A stretch of 61,872 bases of DNA from NCBI GenBank assembly GCA_040882355.1, contig JBBEBM010000072.1, positions 1 to 61,872 of the forward strand, read 5' to 3'. The first letter of the stretch is position 1; each line of letters starts with the position of its first letter. The stretch is from Dehalococcoidia bacterium (GTDB lineage Bacteria > Chloroflexota > Dehalococcoidia > DSTF01 > RBG-16-68-14). The position numbers were made by a program, and so were the translations under genes. Positions 28,452 through 38,706 of this stretch are shown in pieces. A model generated the notes under the pieces. It was given only the letters and a program-made list of their open reading frames with translations, did no database searches and had not been told where the DNA came from.

Positions 28452-29732
28452 CTACGTCGGGTAGCACACCTCACCGAACCCGATCACCATCAGCAGCATG
28501 TCGCTCAGCGCAACGGCGCCGTCGCCGTCCAGGTCGTACCAGGCGTCGGGCCACGGCTCGTATGCCAGGCGTTCGTCGGTCAGGCCGAAGTGGGTCACTA
28601 CTGCCGCCATGTCGGCCGCTGTCACAGCGTAGTCGAGCGACCCGAACGGCGCGACATCAGGGCAGTAGCGGGTAACCATGCCGTAGACGCTGCTCACCCA
28701 CAGGTAACCCAGGTGGAAGCGCTGGTAGACTAGGCAGGTCAGCGCGGGCGCACACACCCCGGGGAACTGGCCGATCTGGTCCTGGAGCGCCAGCCCAATC
28801 GACGGCGAGCTGAGCCGCTGCGCGAAGTAGAACGCCGGCCGCACCCAGTACGCATCGCTCACCGCCCAGCGCCCCACCTGGAGACTGCTGTCCTGAAAGC
28901 CGGAGGAGTCCAGGTGCAGCCGAAACGTCTGCTCCGCCCCCCAGTGCCCCTGCGCCAGGGTCGGCACCTCATGGACCTGCAGCCGGCAGTACGATCCCGG
29001 AGCGCACCCCTGCTGCGTGCCCGTGATGTCCGCCGTCCGGCCAACCACCGCCCACGAAGGATAGAAGGCACCCAGATTGTAGTACCTGGTACGGATCGCC
29101 GCGCCCGGAAAGCTGAAGTTGCCCACCACCGAGTTCGTCGAGGTCCCTGCGTCTACCGAGTCGCTCGTCACCGACTGTCCATCGATCGACGCCGGCCGGC
29201 TCGGGTTGAACTGAAAGTGCAGGTGGGTGCCGCAGTTGTTCGGCGGCTCGCTCCCGCGCGTGTGGCCCGTCTTGCCCTGCACGCCGAGCGGATCGCCCTG
29301 GAGCACGCGGGCGTCCTGCGTCGCGCCTGTCGACGAGAGATGAGCGTAGGTGAGCGTCCGCTCGCCCTGCGATGTGTTCGTCCGCACCTGCACGTAGTTG
29401 CCGAAACCGCCGCCATCCTCCGCGTCGCACGTATTCGGATCGTACTGCGACGTGACGGCGGTAATCGTGCCCTCGGCCGAGGCGACCACGCTGTTGTCGC
29501 CGATGACGACGTCCCAGGCATTGCCGTGCCCGTTCTCGAACGGGTGCCGCGTCGTCGGGTGGCTCGCGCCGGGGCGATACGGCCACTTGAACTGGTAGCT
29601 CTCGTGCGAGGCCGCCGCGTCATCGGGGAGGGCGAGGAGCGCGATCGAAAGGGACACGATCACCAACGCTGCTCTTTCCACGGCTTTGCTGGGAGCGAGG
29701 CGTCTCATCGTCGAACCTGCGGCGCGCAGCAT
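28452..29732 (-). CDS. secreted M23 peptidase with C-terminal dockerin/EF-hand-like repeats
   Basis: Signal peptide ending AAA; HGNAWD, GFGNYV, YAHL, HLHF; DLDGDGAVALSD tail; start may be 29708. Confidence 0.8.
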   Translation of the reverse strand: MLRAAGSTMRRLAPSKAVERAALVIVSLSIALLALPDDAAASHESYQFKWPYRPGASHPTTRHPFENGHGNAWDVVIGDNSVVASAEGTITAVTSQYDPNTCDAEDGGGFGNYVQVRTNTSQGERTLTYAHLSSTGATQDARVLQGDPLGVQGKTGHTRGSEPPNNCGTHLHFQFNPSRPASIDGQSVTSDSVDAGTSTNSVVGNFSFPGAAIRTRYYNLGAFYPSWAVVGRTADITGTQQGCAPGSYCRLQVHEVPTLAQGHWGAEQTFRLHLDSSGFQDSSLQVGRWAVSDAYWVRPAFYFAQRLSSPSIGLALQDQIGQFPGVCAPALTCLVYQRFHLGYLWVSSVYGMVTRYCPDVAPFGSLDYAVTAADMAAVVTHFGLTDERLAYEPWPDAWYDLDGDGAVALSDMLLMVIGFGEVCYPT

Positions 29733-29735
29733 GGG

Positions 29736-30389
29736 TCAGCGGAAGTCGATCGACAGCTTTTCGATGATCGCCTGCGCGACCGCCGGCGTCTGCTCGACGC
29801 CAGTGAAGCTCACGTCGAAGCGAACGTAGCCTTCTGCCTCCGACCCATCGCCTGCCAGCGGCACGGCCCCGCGTAGGCTGCCGATCGACGTCGCGGGCGT
29901 CGTGTCGAGCGCGCCCCGGTTCAGGCACGCCGGCGTCGCGCGCCCGCTGATCGTCAGATCGAGCGCCTCGCTTGACGTCTGGTTCATCACCAGCACCTCT
30001 TGCGCACAGCTCTCTGCGCTCGGCGGGTAGTAGGCCGTGCCTGGCATCGCATCCCAACCGAGCGCCAGGCCGATCAGGCCCGCCGTCTGACCTGATGTCC
30101 GAGGGTTGTCGATGTTGACGGCGTCGTCGCCCGCCGTGGCGGTGTAGTCCGCCGGATAGCAGACCGAGAAGCGGTGTTGGGGGTCGTCGTAGGCCAGCCA
30201 GCCCGCCGGGCAATCGCTCCGCCCGCCGGACTGCGCCTGGGGCGCCGTTACCGTCCGCCAGGGCGTCGGCCGCGCTACGGACGAGGAGTCGCCGTTGCCG
30301 TCTGGAGAGCCGTCAGTCTGAACGCAGGCCGCTACGAGGGCCTGCGCGCATAGGGACAGCACCGCTAGCAGGAGGAGACTTCGCTTCAT
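29736..30389 (-). CDS. putative lipoprotein
   Basis: MKR, hydrophobic core, LVAAC lipobox; W..Y.D....FSV.YP motif. Confidence 0.7.
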   Translation of the reverse strand: MKRSLLLLAVLSLCAQALVAACVQTDGSPDGNGDSSSVARPTPWRTVTAPQAQSGGRSDCPAGWLAYDDPQHRFSVCYPADYTATAGDDAVNIDNPRTSGQTAGLIGLALGWDAMPGTAYYPPSAESCAQEVLVMNQTSSEALDLTISGRATPACLNRGALDTTPATSIGSLRGAVPLAGDGSEAEGYVRFDVSFTGVEQTPAVAQAIIEKLSIDFR

Positions 30390-30524
30390 GCCGGCTCCTA
30401 ACTGCCAGGCCCGCCCCGCCGTACCCTACCCTACTGAGTCTGGCGGGAGTTGTCAACTCGTTGCCCCCGCCACCCCTCCGCGCTACCATCGAAACGACAC
30501 TGAACGAAGCAAGGAGGCACCGCG

Positions 30525-31541
30525 CTGCTCCGATTCTTCCGCCGTTCCACCCAGGTCGAAGCGCCCGAGGACGAGGCCGAAGCGCCCGTCATCGAGGAGG
30601 CGCCCGCGCTCGACGCCGAGCTGCAGGAGCGCACCGACGAGGCGCTCGAGCGCACCCGCAAGGGCTGGTTCGGCCGCATCTCCGGCATCTTCGACCGCGG
30701 CCGCATCGATGAGGAGCTCTGGGAGGAGCTGGAGGAGGTGCTGATCGGCGCCGACGCCGGCGTCGCGACCACGCAGAAGATCCTCGACAGCGTCCGCGAG
30801 CAGGTCGAGAGCGAGCGGCTTAAGGAGCCGGAGGAGGTGCGCGCCGCCCTCAAGCGCACCCTCGTCGAGCTGCTCCAGTCGCCTGAGCCACGCGGCCGGC
30901 TGTGGGGCGCGAACGGCGCGCCGCCACCCAAGCCCGCCGTCATCCTCGTGCTCGGTGTAAACGGCACCGGCAAGACCACCACCATCGCCAAGCTCGCGCA
31001 CGCGTACGCCCGCGAAGGCGAGCGCGTCGTCATCGCCGCCGGCGATACGTTTCGCGCCGCCGCCATCGAGCAGCTTAAGGAGTGGGGCGAGCGCGTCGGC
31101 GCGGACGTCGTCGCGCACCAGCAGGGCGCGGACCCGGGCGCCGTCGTCTTCGACGCGCTGGCCGCAGCCGAGAGCCGCGGGGCCGACGCCGTGATCATAG
31201 ATACGGCCGGCCGCCTCCACACCAAGTTCAACCTGATGGAGGAGCTGCGCAAGCTCCGCCGCATCATCGAGCGCAAGGAGCCGGACGCGCCCCACGAGGT
31301 GCTCCTGGTCCTCGACGCGACAATCGGGCAGAACGCCCTCATCCAGGCCCAGGCCTTCGCCGAGGCGGCGGAGGTCACGTCGGTCTGTCTCACCAAGCTG
31401 GACGGGACGTCCAAAGGGGGCATCGTCTTCGCCATCTGCGACCAGCTCAAGATCCCGGTGCGCTTCGTCGGCACCGGCGAGCAGGCGGACGACCTGGCCC
31501 CCTTCTCCGCTGAGTCCTTCGTTGACGCCCTCCTCCGCTAG
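30525..31541 (+). CDS. ftsY: SRP receptor FtsY (predicted CTG start)
   Basis: GVNGTGKTTTIAKLA, DTFRAAAIEQL, DTAGRLH, TKLDGTSKGG; frame open back to AAGGAGG-N7-CTG giving MLRFFRR. Confidence 0.93.
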   Translation: MLRFFRRSTQVEAPEDEAEAPVIEEAPALDAELQERTDEALERTRKGWFGRISGIFDRGRIDEELWEELEEVLIGADAGVATTQKILDSVREQVESERLKEPEEVRAALKRTLVELLQSPEPRGRLWGANGAPPPKPAVILVLGVNGTGKTTTIAKLAHAYAREGERVVIAAGDTFRAAAIEQLKEWGERVGADVVAHQQGADPGAVVFDALAAAESRGADAVIIDTAGRLHTKFNLMEELRKLRRIIERKEPDAPHEVLLVLDATIGQNALIQAQAFAEAAEVTSVCLTKLDGTSKGGIVFAICDQLKIPVRFVGTGEQADDLAPFSAESFVDALLR

Positions 31542-31614
31542 CAACCGCCTGAAGCGGGAACGCCGTACTATGTTAGAGGAGCCGCGCTTCCAGCGTTAGG
31601 TTCTGGATCGTCAT

Positions 31615-34344
31615 ATGTCCGAGACCCTGGTCTGGTGGGTAATGATGCAGGTGGTGGGGCTTGCCGCCCTGCCGCTCTGCCTTGGCCTCTTTCGCCGGCT
31701 GCCGGACCGCGGCTACTCCCTCTCGAAGCCCTTCGCGCTGCTCGGCATCGGCTACACCCTCTGGATCCTCAACATCATGCGCATCATGCCGAACACGACG
31801 GGCGGCATCGTGCTCGTGCTTCTGCTCTTCGCCGTCGCGTCCGGCCTGCTCGTCTGGCGCCGGCAGGAAGAGCTGCTCAGCTTCGTCCGAAACCACCTCT
31901 GGCTCATCGCCGTGACGGAGATCGTGCTCTTCCTCGCTTTCATCACCGCGGCGTATCTCCGCTCCTACGTGGCCGACATCGGCGGTACCGAGAAGCCGAT
32001 GGACTTCATGTTCCTAAACACGGTCACCCGCGCCGACCACTTCCCGCCGGAGGACGCTTGGCTTTCGGGGTCGAGCGTCAGCTACTACTACTTCGGCTAC
32101 CTGCTCGTCTCGGTAATGACGCGTCTGGCCGGCCAGGCGACCAGCGTCGGCTTCAACCTCGGCCTCGCGATGATCGCGGCGTTTGCCGTCACCGGCGCGT
32201 TCGGCCTCGTCTACAACCTGGCTGCGCCCCGCGAACGGGCCCGGTCCGCAGGCGAGCCTGACGACGAGCCTCGTTCCGAGGCTGAAGGCGACTCGCCAGA
32301 CCCGAACGCTGTCGAAGGCGCGCCTCCTGCCACTGACGAAGGACGCCCGCTCTGGCGCCCGATGGCCTTCGGTGGCGTCGCGGGCATGCTGCTCGCCGTG
32401 ATGGGCAACCTGGGCGGCATCCTCGAGTGGATGGCGGCGCACGGCATCGGTTCGACTTCCTTTTGGCGTTGGGCCAACATCAGGGAGGAGGAGCCGCTCA
32501 CCGCCTACCAGAGCGCCCACTGGTACCCGGACCAGTTCTGGTTCTGGTGGCGCTCAACGCGCATCCTCGACCACGGCGTGGGCATCCACGAGTTCCCGTT
32601 CTTCAGCTTCATGCTGGGCGACCTACACCCGCACGTGATGTCGATACCGTTCGTGCTGCTCGCGCTGAGCGCCGCACTCGCCCTCCTCCGCTCCGACGAG
32701 CCGCTCGACATCGTGTTCTGGCTGGAGCGGCCCTTCTGGCTCGTCGCGTTCGCCGTGATGCTGGGCGCGCTGGCCTTCATGAACACTTGGGACATGCCGA
32801 CGATGGCCTTCGTCGTGGTGTTGATGGCCACGGTGCGCAACCGCCTCATCGCCGACCGCTGGTCGTGGGGCATCGCGCTCGACACGGGGCTGTTCGTGCT
32901 GCCGCTCTTCGCGCTGGCGATGCTCGCCTACGCGCCGTTCTTCGCCGGCGGCTTCACCAGTCAGGCTTCGGGCTTCACCGCGGAGTCCGGCGACGGCTCC
33001 GGCCTCTTCCACATGCTGCTCATCTGGGGCCCCTTCGCCGCGCTGGTGCTGCCGTACGCCGCCTGGCGTCTTGCTCGCGGCGGCACGCCGCTCACCGGCC
33101 AGGCCGTGATCGGGGCGCTCTGGCCCGCCGTCTTCATCATCATGCTCTGGGCGGTCTGGGACATCGTGGCGGGCGCGTTTGGCTGGTTGCCGCGTCTCGT
33201 CCAGCCGAACGACGCCGTCGACGACCTGCTGACGCGCGTCGGGCATCGCGGCCCTAGCTGGTTCAGCGCGCTCTTCCTCAGCGCTACCCTCACCCTCATC
33301 GTCCTCGCCTTCGGCCGCGAAATCGAAGCGACGAAGCGCGAGGGCGAACGCCGCTTGAGCCACGTCTTCGCGCTCGGCCTGGCGATGACCGCCTGCCTGC
33401 TCATCCTCGGCACCGAGTTCTTCTTCATCCAGGACACGTTCGGGAGCCGGATGAATACGATCTTCAAGCTCTACTACCAGTCGTGGCTCATGCTCAGCAT
33501 TGTCGGAGGCTTCGCGCTCTACGAGATGACGACCGGCTGGAGCTTGCCGCGCGTCCGGGCGTCCGGCTCGCCGGGATTTGCAGCGTCGCTCGGCCGCTGG
33601 TCGTGGGGTGAGGTCGCTGTCGTCGCCAGCAGCTTTGTCGCCGCGATCGTCGGCATCGCCCTCACCAACGACCTGCTCGGCGGTCTCGTCGGCGCGGTCA
33701 TGTTCGCCGGCATCGCGTTCGCGATCAGCGGCAGCGCCGTGCTCACTTGGCGCGCCACCGAGAGCCGCTCCGGCGCACTCTCCTGGCGCGGTGTCTGGGC
33801 GGGCGGCGCGGCGGTTGTTCTCATCGCGGCTTTCGTCTACCCTCTCATCGCGACGTATAACCGGACAGAAAACTTCAACGCTAGGCGCGCCATCGATGGC
33901 CTCGATAGCTTCAAACGGAACAGCCCTGACGAGCACGCCGCGATCCAGTGGCTCGACGGCCAGGAAGGTCAGCCCGTCATCGCAGAGGCGCTCAGCGACT
34001 CGTACCAGGACGGCGGCCGCGTCTCGGCATCGACGGGCCTTCCGACGATCCTTCAGTGGCCCGGCCACCAGCGCCAGTGGCGCGGCACCAGCGAACCCCA
34101 GACGGGCCGTCCCGAAGACCTGGAGCGACTGTACACCAGTACGAACGCTAGCGAAGTGAGCGCGATTATCCAGAAGTACGGCATCAAATTCGTGTTCGTG
34201 GGCAACGCAGAGCATGCGAAGTATGACCCCGTGGCGCTTGCGGAAATGGGCTCGATCTTCGATACCGCCTTCGAGCAAGGCAACGTCACGGTCTACCGCG
34301 TGAAGGCCGGTAGCCTGAGCGCAGCGGCCGGGGACGCGCAGTGA
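31615..34344 (+). CDS. DUF2298 / Chlor_Arch_YYY membrane protein
   Basis: GTEKPMDF, PPED.W.SG..SYYYFG, EFPFFSF..GDLHPH, NTWD, RMNTIFKLY, TGLPT...W.GH..QWR. Confidence 0.88.
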   Translation: MSETLVWWVMMQVVGLAALPLCLGLFRRLPDRGYSLSKPFALLGIGYTLWILNIMRIMPNTTGGIVLVLLLFAVASGLLVWRRQEELLSFVRNHLWLIAVTEIVLFLAFITAAYLRSYVADIGGTEKPMDFMFLNTVTRADHFPPEDAWLSGSSVSYYYFGYLLVSVMTRLAGQATSVGFNLGLAMIAAFAVTGAFGLVYNLAAPRERARSAGEPDDEPRSEAEGDSPDPNAVEGAPPATDEGRPLWRPMAFGGVAGMLLAVMGNLGGILEWMAAHGIGSTSFWRWANIREEEPLTAYQSAHWYPDQFWFWWRSTRILDHGVGIHEFPFFSFMLGDLHPHVMSIPFVLLALSAALALLRSDEPLDIVFWLERPFWLVAFAVMLGALAFMNTWDMPTMAFVVVLMATVRNRLIADRWSWGIALDTGLFVLPLFALAMLAYAPFFAGGFTSQASGFTAESGDGSGLFHMLLIWGPFAALVLPYAAWRLARGGTPLTGQAVIGALWPAVFIIMLWAVWDIVAGAFGWLPRLVQPNDAVDDLLTRVGHRGPSWFSALFLSATLTLIVLAFGREIEATKREGERRLSHVFALGLAMTACLLILGTEFFFIQDTFGSRMNTIFKLYYQSWLMLSIVGGFALYEMTTGWSLPRVRASGSPGFAASLGRWSWGEVAVVASSFVAAIVGIALTNDLLGGLVGAVMFAGIAFAISGSAVLTWRATESRSGALSWRGVWAGGAAVVLIAAFVYPLIATYNRTENFNARRAIDGLDSFKRNSPDEHAAIQWLDGQEGQPVIAEALSDSYQDGGRVSASTGLPTILQWPGHQRQWRGTSEPQTGRPEDLERLYTSTNASEVSAIIQKYGIKFVFVGNAEHAKYDPVALAEMGSIFDTAFEQGNVTVYRVKAGSLSAAAGDAQ

Positions 34345-37300
34345 CGACAACAGGCGAGCGGCTGCGCACCTACTGGGGCGAGCGCCAGTTCGAGAGCGAG
34401 CGGCTCACGACCCTCTTTGCGCGTTACTGGGAAGTCGGCCTCTACTTCGTCCTGGTCGGCGTCGCCCTCGGACTTCGCCTCTGGGACCTCGACGGCCGCG
34501 CTGTCCACCACGACGAGAGCATCCACAACTGGTATAGCTGGGAGCTCGCCGAGGGTCGAGGCTATGAGCACGACCCGGTCTATCACGGGCCTCTGAAGTA
34601 CATCCTCACCGCAGGCATCTTCACGGTGTTCGGCGCAAACGACACCACCGCCCGCCTACTCTACGCGATGGCTGGCACCGTCCTCGTTGCGCTGCCCTTC
34701 TTCTTTCGCGACTACCTCGGACGCCGGGGCGCGCTGATCGCATCGTTCCTGCTCGCGGTATCGCCCGTCGTGCTCTATGTGAGCCGCTTTTCTCGCGACG
34801 ACATCCTGGTGGTGACCTACGCAGTGGCGATGGCGATCATCATGTGGCGCTACCTGAAAGAGCAGAAGGAGAGCTACCTCTACGCCATTCCGGTGCTCAT
34901 GATGCTTGGCTTCGTCACGATGGAGGCCCACTTCATCACCGTCGCGATCTTTCTCGTCTACCTCGACTACCAGCTCACGAACGATCTCGTCGACCAGATG
35001 CGCGCTACGCGCTCGATGACGCCGCGCGATACCGCGATCGCATACACGCTACTGCTGCCGACCGCGTGGCTGATCGCCGCGCTCTGGCCCCTCATCGAAG
35101 GGCCGCGTAAGCGCTGGTCGTTCACTACCCTGCCGCCTAGCGGCCACTTGATCATCATCACAGGCACCTTCGCGCTGCCCCACTTCGCCGCCGCCATCCA
35201 GAAGGTGCCGGAGTTCGTCGGCAAGGTGCCCGGCATCGGCGACGCCCTCACGAATGGGCGCGACCTCCATGCCCTGCGCGACCGCGGCCACCGCAGTCCA
35301 GACGAAGACCGCCTGATGCAGTTCACGGTCATCCTGCTGCTCGTAGCGTCCGCGTACGTCGGCCTGCTGTGGAACGCGCGCGTCTGGGCGATCGGCGCCG
35401 TTCTCTTCTTCGTGCCGTATGTCCTGCTCTTCACCACCGGCTTCACGAACATGGGCGGCTTCTGGTCGGGCATCTGGGGCCAGCTCGACTACTGGCTGGC
35501 CCAGCAGTTTGAACGGCGCGGCGACCAGCCCGACTACTACTACCTCATGCACCTGCCGATCTACGAATTCCTGCCTCTCCTGATCGTCCTGGGCGGCACG
35601 CTTTTCTACGCCTTCAAAGGCAAGATCGAGCAGCAGCTCTTGTCGGCGGCCGCGCTGCTGTTAATCCTCGCTATCAGCCTCGGCGGGGACGATGTGCCGC
35701 TGATCGGCTCGTTCCACGTCCATCTCTGCTTCCTCATCGCCATCGCAACGGTCCTCCTCCTCCCGATCGAGGACCTGACGAAGTTCCTCCTCTTCTGGAC
35801 GCTCGCCATGCTCTTCGCCCTCACGGTCGCGGGCGAAAAGATGCCCTGGCTGATCATCCACGTCACCGTCCCGATGATCTTGCTCGCGGCGAAGATCATG
35901 GACGACCTCCTTTCGTCGATCGGCCAGCAAACCGCCGAGCCGGAGATCGTCCCGCCCAAGACCGGCCGCCGCAAGACCCCACCGCCCGCGCCGCCACCGC
36001 CGTCGGTCTGGGAACGCCTCTCGCCATTCGCGCCGTTCATCTACGGCTCGGCCCTGGCGATCGTCGCCACGATCTTCTTCATCCGCTTTGGGCCGAAGTC
36101 GCCATTCTCGCTGTTCCCCTGGTTCTTCTCCATCGCAGCGCTGGTCGTGGTCGTCTGGGCCGGTGCGCGTTTCTCCCCACGCCTGGCTGGCCAGGTCGCG
36201 GCCATCGCCTTCGTCGGCGCGCTGCTCATCTTCAGCCTCCGCGCAAGCGCCCTCGCGTCATACGACTACGGTCCCACGACCGGCGGTACGCCACACGAGC
36301 TGCTCATGTACGCGCAAGGCGCGCAGGACCTGGTCCCCATATACGACGAGATCAACCAGCTCGCGCGCGATTCCGGCAAGGGCCACCAATTGAAGGTCAT
36401 CCTTGACCGGAGCGGAGACACGAACGTTTGGCCCTGGCCCTGGTACCTGCGCGACTACGTCCAGGGCAGCGAGACCTTCGAGGGCGAGTTCACGCCCGAG
36501 CCCGGCACCGTCCTCCTTGCAAGCAGCGCGAACCGCGAAAAGGTCGAACCGTTCTCCGCGCAGGTCGACCACAGCGTAGACTACACCCACATGTGGTGGT
36601 TCGACCCGTACGGCTACCGGGGCCTGGAGGTAGGCCAGTTCCTGGGCGACTTCTTCAGCGGCCACTACTTCTCCATCTGGCCCCGCTACTTCATCGATCG
36701 CGACCTCGCAAACCAGACCGACACCGACGACCGCACCGCCTACTTCTTCGGTGAGTTCGAGCCGACGGAGATCGCTCCCGCGCCTCCGCTCGACAACGCA
36801 GACATCACTCTCATCGGAGGCGGCGCCGGCAGCGGCCGCGGGCAGTTCTCGCAACCAGGCGACGTCGCGGTCGATGATGAGGGCAACCTCTACGTCGTCG
36901 ACACGCTCAACCGGCGCATCCAGCGCATCGACGCGCAAGGAGAGGCGACCGTGCTGGGCGAAGCGGGCAGCGGGCCCAGCCAGTTCGGCGCCGTCGTGGA
37001 CCCGCAGCCTGCCGACGGGCCGTGGGGCGTCGGCATCGACCGCGACGGCAACATCTACGTCGCCGACACCTGGAACCACCGGATCCAGAAGTTCGGGCCG
37101 GACCTGACCTTCATTCGGGAGTGGGGGCAGCAGATCTCACCCGATCACTTCGAAACCAGCCAGCCCGACCCGCTGGAGCTCTTCGGACCGCGCGACGTCA
37201 CCATCGACAACGACGGCAACGTCCTCGTCGTCGATACCGGCGACAAGCGCATCGTCAAATACAACTCGGACGGGCAGTTCATCCAGGCGTACGGCCACGC

Positions 37301-37751
37301 CGGCAGCGGCCCGGGCGAGTTCAACGAGCCGAGCAGCGTCGCCGTCGGACTGAATGGCGACATCTACGTCGCCGACTACTGGAACCGGCGCATCCAGCAC
37401 TTCGATTCGCAGTTCGTCTTCCTGGATGAGATCGAGGTCTCCGCCTGGGGCAGCCAGGGCATCACCGACCGCGCCTACATCGCCGTCCTGGGCGACGGGA
37501 AGATCCTCGCCACCGATCCCGCCCATGCCCACGTCATCGTCATCGATCCCGCCGGCACGCCGAAGTCGTGGCGCCTCATTGAAGGCGCGTCCCGTCCGAT
37601 CGGGATCGCCGTGGACGCCGATGGCCAGGTCTACATCTCCGACTCGCTCAACTCGACGATCAGCCGCGTCCCTCTCGCCGCCCTGCTCGCGCCGACGCCG
37701 ACTCCAGCCGCGTCGCCAACGCCGACAACCACTCCGAGCGCGGCGCCCTAG
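34341..37751 (+). CDS. TIGR03663-type GT-C membrane protein with C-terminal NHL beta-propeller
   Basis: HHDESIH, DPVYHGP, SRFSRDD, EKMPW, WPWPWYLR; repeated YVADTWNHRIQKF-like units; GTGA coupling to upstream gene. Confidence 0.85.
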   Translation: MTTTGERLRTYWGERQFESERLTTLFARYWEVGLYFVLVGVALGLRLWDLDGRAVHHDESIHNWYSWELAEGRGYEHDPVYHGPLKYILTAGIFTVFGANDTTARLLYAMAGTVLVALPFFFRDYLGRRGALIASFLLAVSPVVLYVSRFSRDDILVVTYAVAMAIIMWRYLKEQKESYLYAIPVLMMLGFVTMEAHFITVAIFLVYLDYQLTNDLVDQMRATRSMTPRDTAIAYTLLLPTAWLIAALWPLIEGPRKRWSFTTLPPSGHLIIITGTFALPHFAAAIQKVPEFVGKVPGIGDALTNGRDLHALRDRGHRSPDEDRLMQFTVILLLVASAYVGLLWNARVWAIGAVLFFVPYVLLFTTGFTNMGGFWSGIWGQLDYWLAQQFERRGDQPDYYYLMHLPIYEFLPLLIVLGGTLFYAFKGKIEQQLLSAAALLLILAISLGGDDVPLIGSFHVHLCFLIAIATVLLLPIEDLTKFLLFWTLAMLFALTVAGEKMPWLIIHVTVPMILLAAKIMDDLLSSIGQQTAEPEIVPPKTGRRKTPPPAPPPPSVWERLSPFAPFIYGSALAIVATIFFIRFGPKSPFSLFPWFFSIAALVVVVWAGARFSPRLAGQVAAIAFVGALLIFSLRASALASYDYGPTTGGTPHELLMYAQGAQDLVPIYDEINQLARDSGKGHQLKVILDRSGDTNVWPWPWYLRDYVQGSETFEGEFTPEPGTVLLASSANREKVEPFSAQVDHSVDYTHMWWFDPYGYRGLEVGQFLGDFFSGHYFSIWPRYFIDRDLANQTDTDDRTAYFFGEFEPTEIAPAPPLDNADITLIGGGAGSGRGQFSQPGDVAVDDEGNLYVVDTLNRRIQRIDAQGEATVLGEAGSGPSQFGAVVDPQPADGPWGVGIDRDGNIYVADTWNHRIQKFGPDLTFIREWGQQISPDHFETSQPDPLELFGPRDVTIDNDGNVLVVDTGDKRIVKYNSDGQFIQAYGHAGSGPGEFNEPSSVAVGLNGDIYVADYWNRRIQHFDSQFVFLDEIEVSAWGSQGITDRAYIAVLGDGKILATDPAHAHVIVIDPAGTPKSWRLIEGASRPIGIAVDADGQVYISDSLNSTISRVPLAALLAPTPTPAASPTPTTTPSAAP

Positions 37752-37817
37752 CAGGGCGTTCGTTGCCGCTCCACGAACCCTCCGTTAGAATGAGGCAACG
37801 AACCCCATGAGCGGAGC

Positions 37818-38696
37818 GTGCGGCAGTTGAGGGTGCGAAAAGCGGTCGTCCTGGCCGCCGGCTACGGCACCCGCCTCCTTCCCGCCACCAAGGCGCAGCC
37901 CAAGGAGACGCTCCCGCTCGTCGACAAGCCGATCATCCAGTACACCGTCGAAGAGGCGGCAGCTTCCGGCCTCGATCAAGTGATCATCGTCACGGCCTTC
38001 AACAAGCGCGCCGTGGAGGACCACTTCGACCGCTCCATGGAGCTGGAACAGATCCTCCTCGCCAGGGGCGACCGCCAGCGCCTGGAGGAGATGCGCCACA
38101 TCAGCGAGCTTGCCGACATCGTCTACGTGCGCCAGAAGGAGCAGCGGGGCATCGGCGACGCCGTCCTCACCGTGCGCCGCGTCGTGGGGAACGAACCGTT
38201 CGTGCTTTTCTTCCCGGACGACGTCATCGTCGCCGACCCGCCGGCCACCCGCCAGCTCATCGATGTGTTCGAGGCGCACGGCGGCAGCGTCCTCGCCGTC
38301 GAAGAGGTGCCGCCCTCCGAAGTCGAGAGCTACGGCATCGTCGACGGCGAGCCCGTGAGCGAGGGCGTCTACCGGGTGAAGTCGCTGATCGAGAAGCCGA
38401 AGCCCGAAGAGGCGCCGTCTAACCTCGGCATCGTGGGCCGCTACGTGCTCACGCCGGAGGTCTTCGGCGTGCTGGACGAGACGCCACCCGGCAAGGCAGG
38501 CGAGATCCAGATCACGGACGGCCTCTCGCTGCTGCTTCGTCGTCAGCCCATGTTTGCCTACCGCTTCCAGGGCCGCCGCTACGATACAGGGCGGCCGCTC
38601 GGCCTGATCAAAGCATCGATCGAGCTGGCGCTCGCCCGGCCCGATGTCGGCCCGGAGCTGCGCAGCTACCTGCGCGAGCTCGACCTGGACGGCTGA
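37818..38696 (+). CDS. galU: UTP-glucose-1-phosphate uridylyltransferase
   Basis: AAGYGTRLLPATKAQPKE, VDKP, EKP, GEIQITD. Confidence 0.93.
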   Translation: MRQLRVRKAVVLAAGYGTRLLPATKAQPKETLPLVDKPIIQYTVEEAAASGLDQVIIVTAFNKRAVEDHFDRSMELEQILLARGDRQRLEEMRHISELADIVYVRQKEQRGIGDAVLTVRRVVGNEPFVLFFPDDVIVADPPATRQLIDVFEAHGGSVLAVEEVPPSEVESYGIVDGEPVSEGVYRVKSLIEKPKPEEAPSNLGIVGRYVLTPEVFGVLDETPPGKAGEIQITDGLSLLLRRQPMFAYRFQGRRYDTGRPLGLIKASIELALARPDVGPELRSYLRELDLDG

Positions 38697-38706
38697 GGCG
38701 ATTGCG

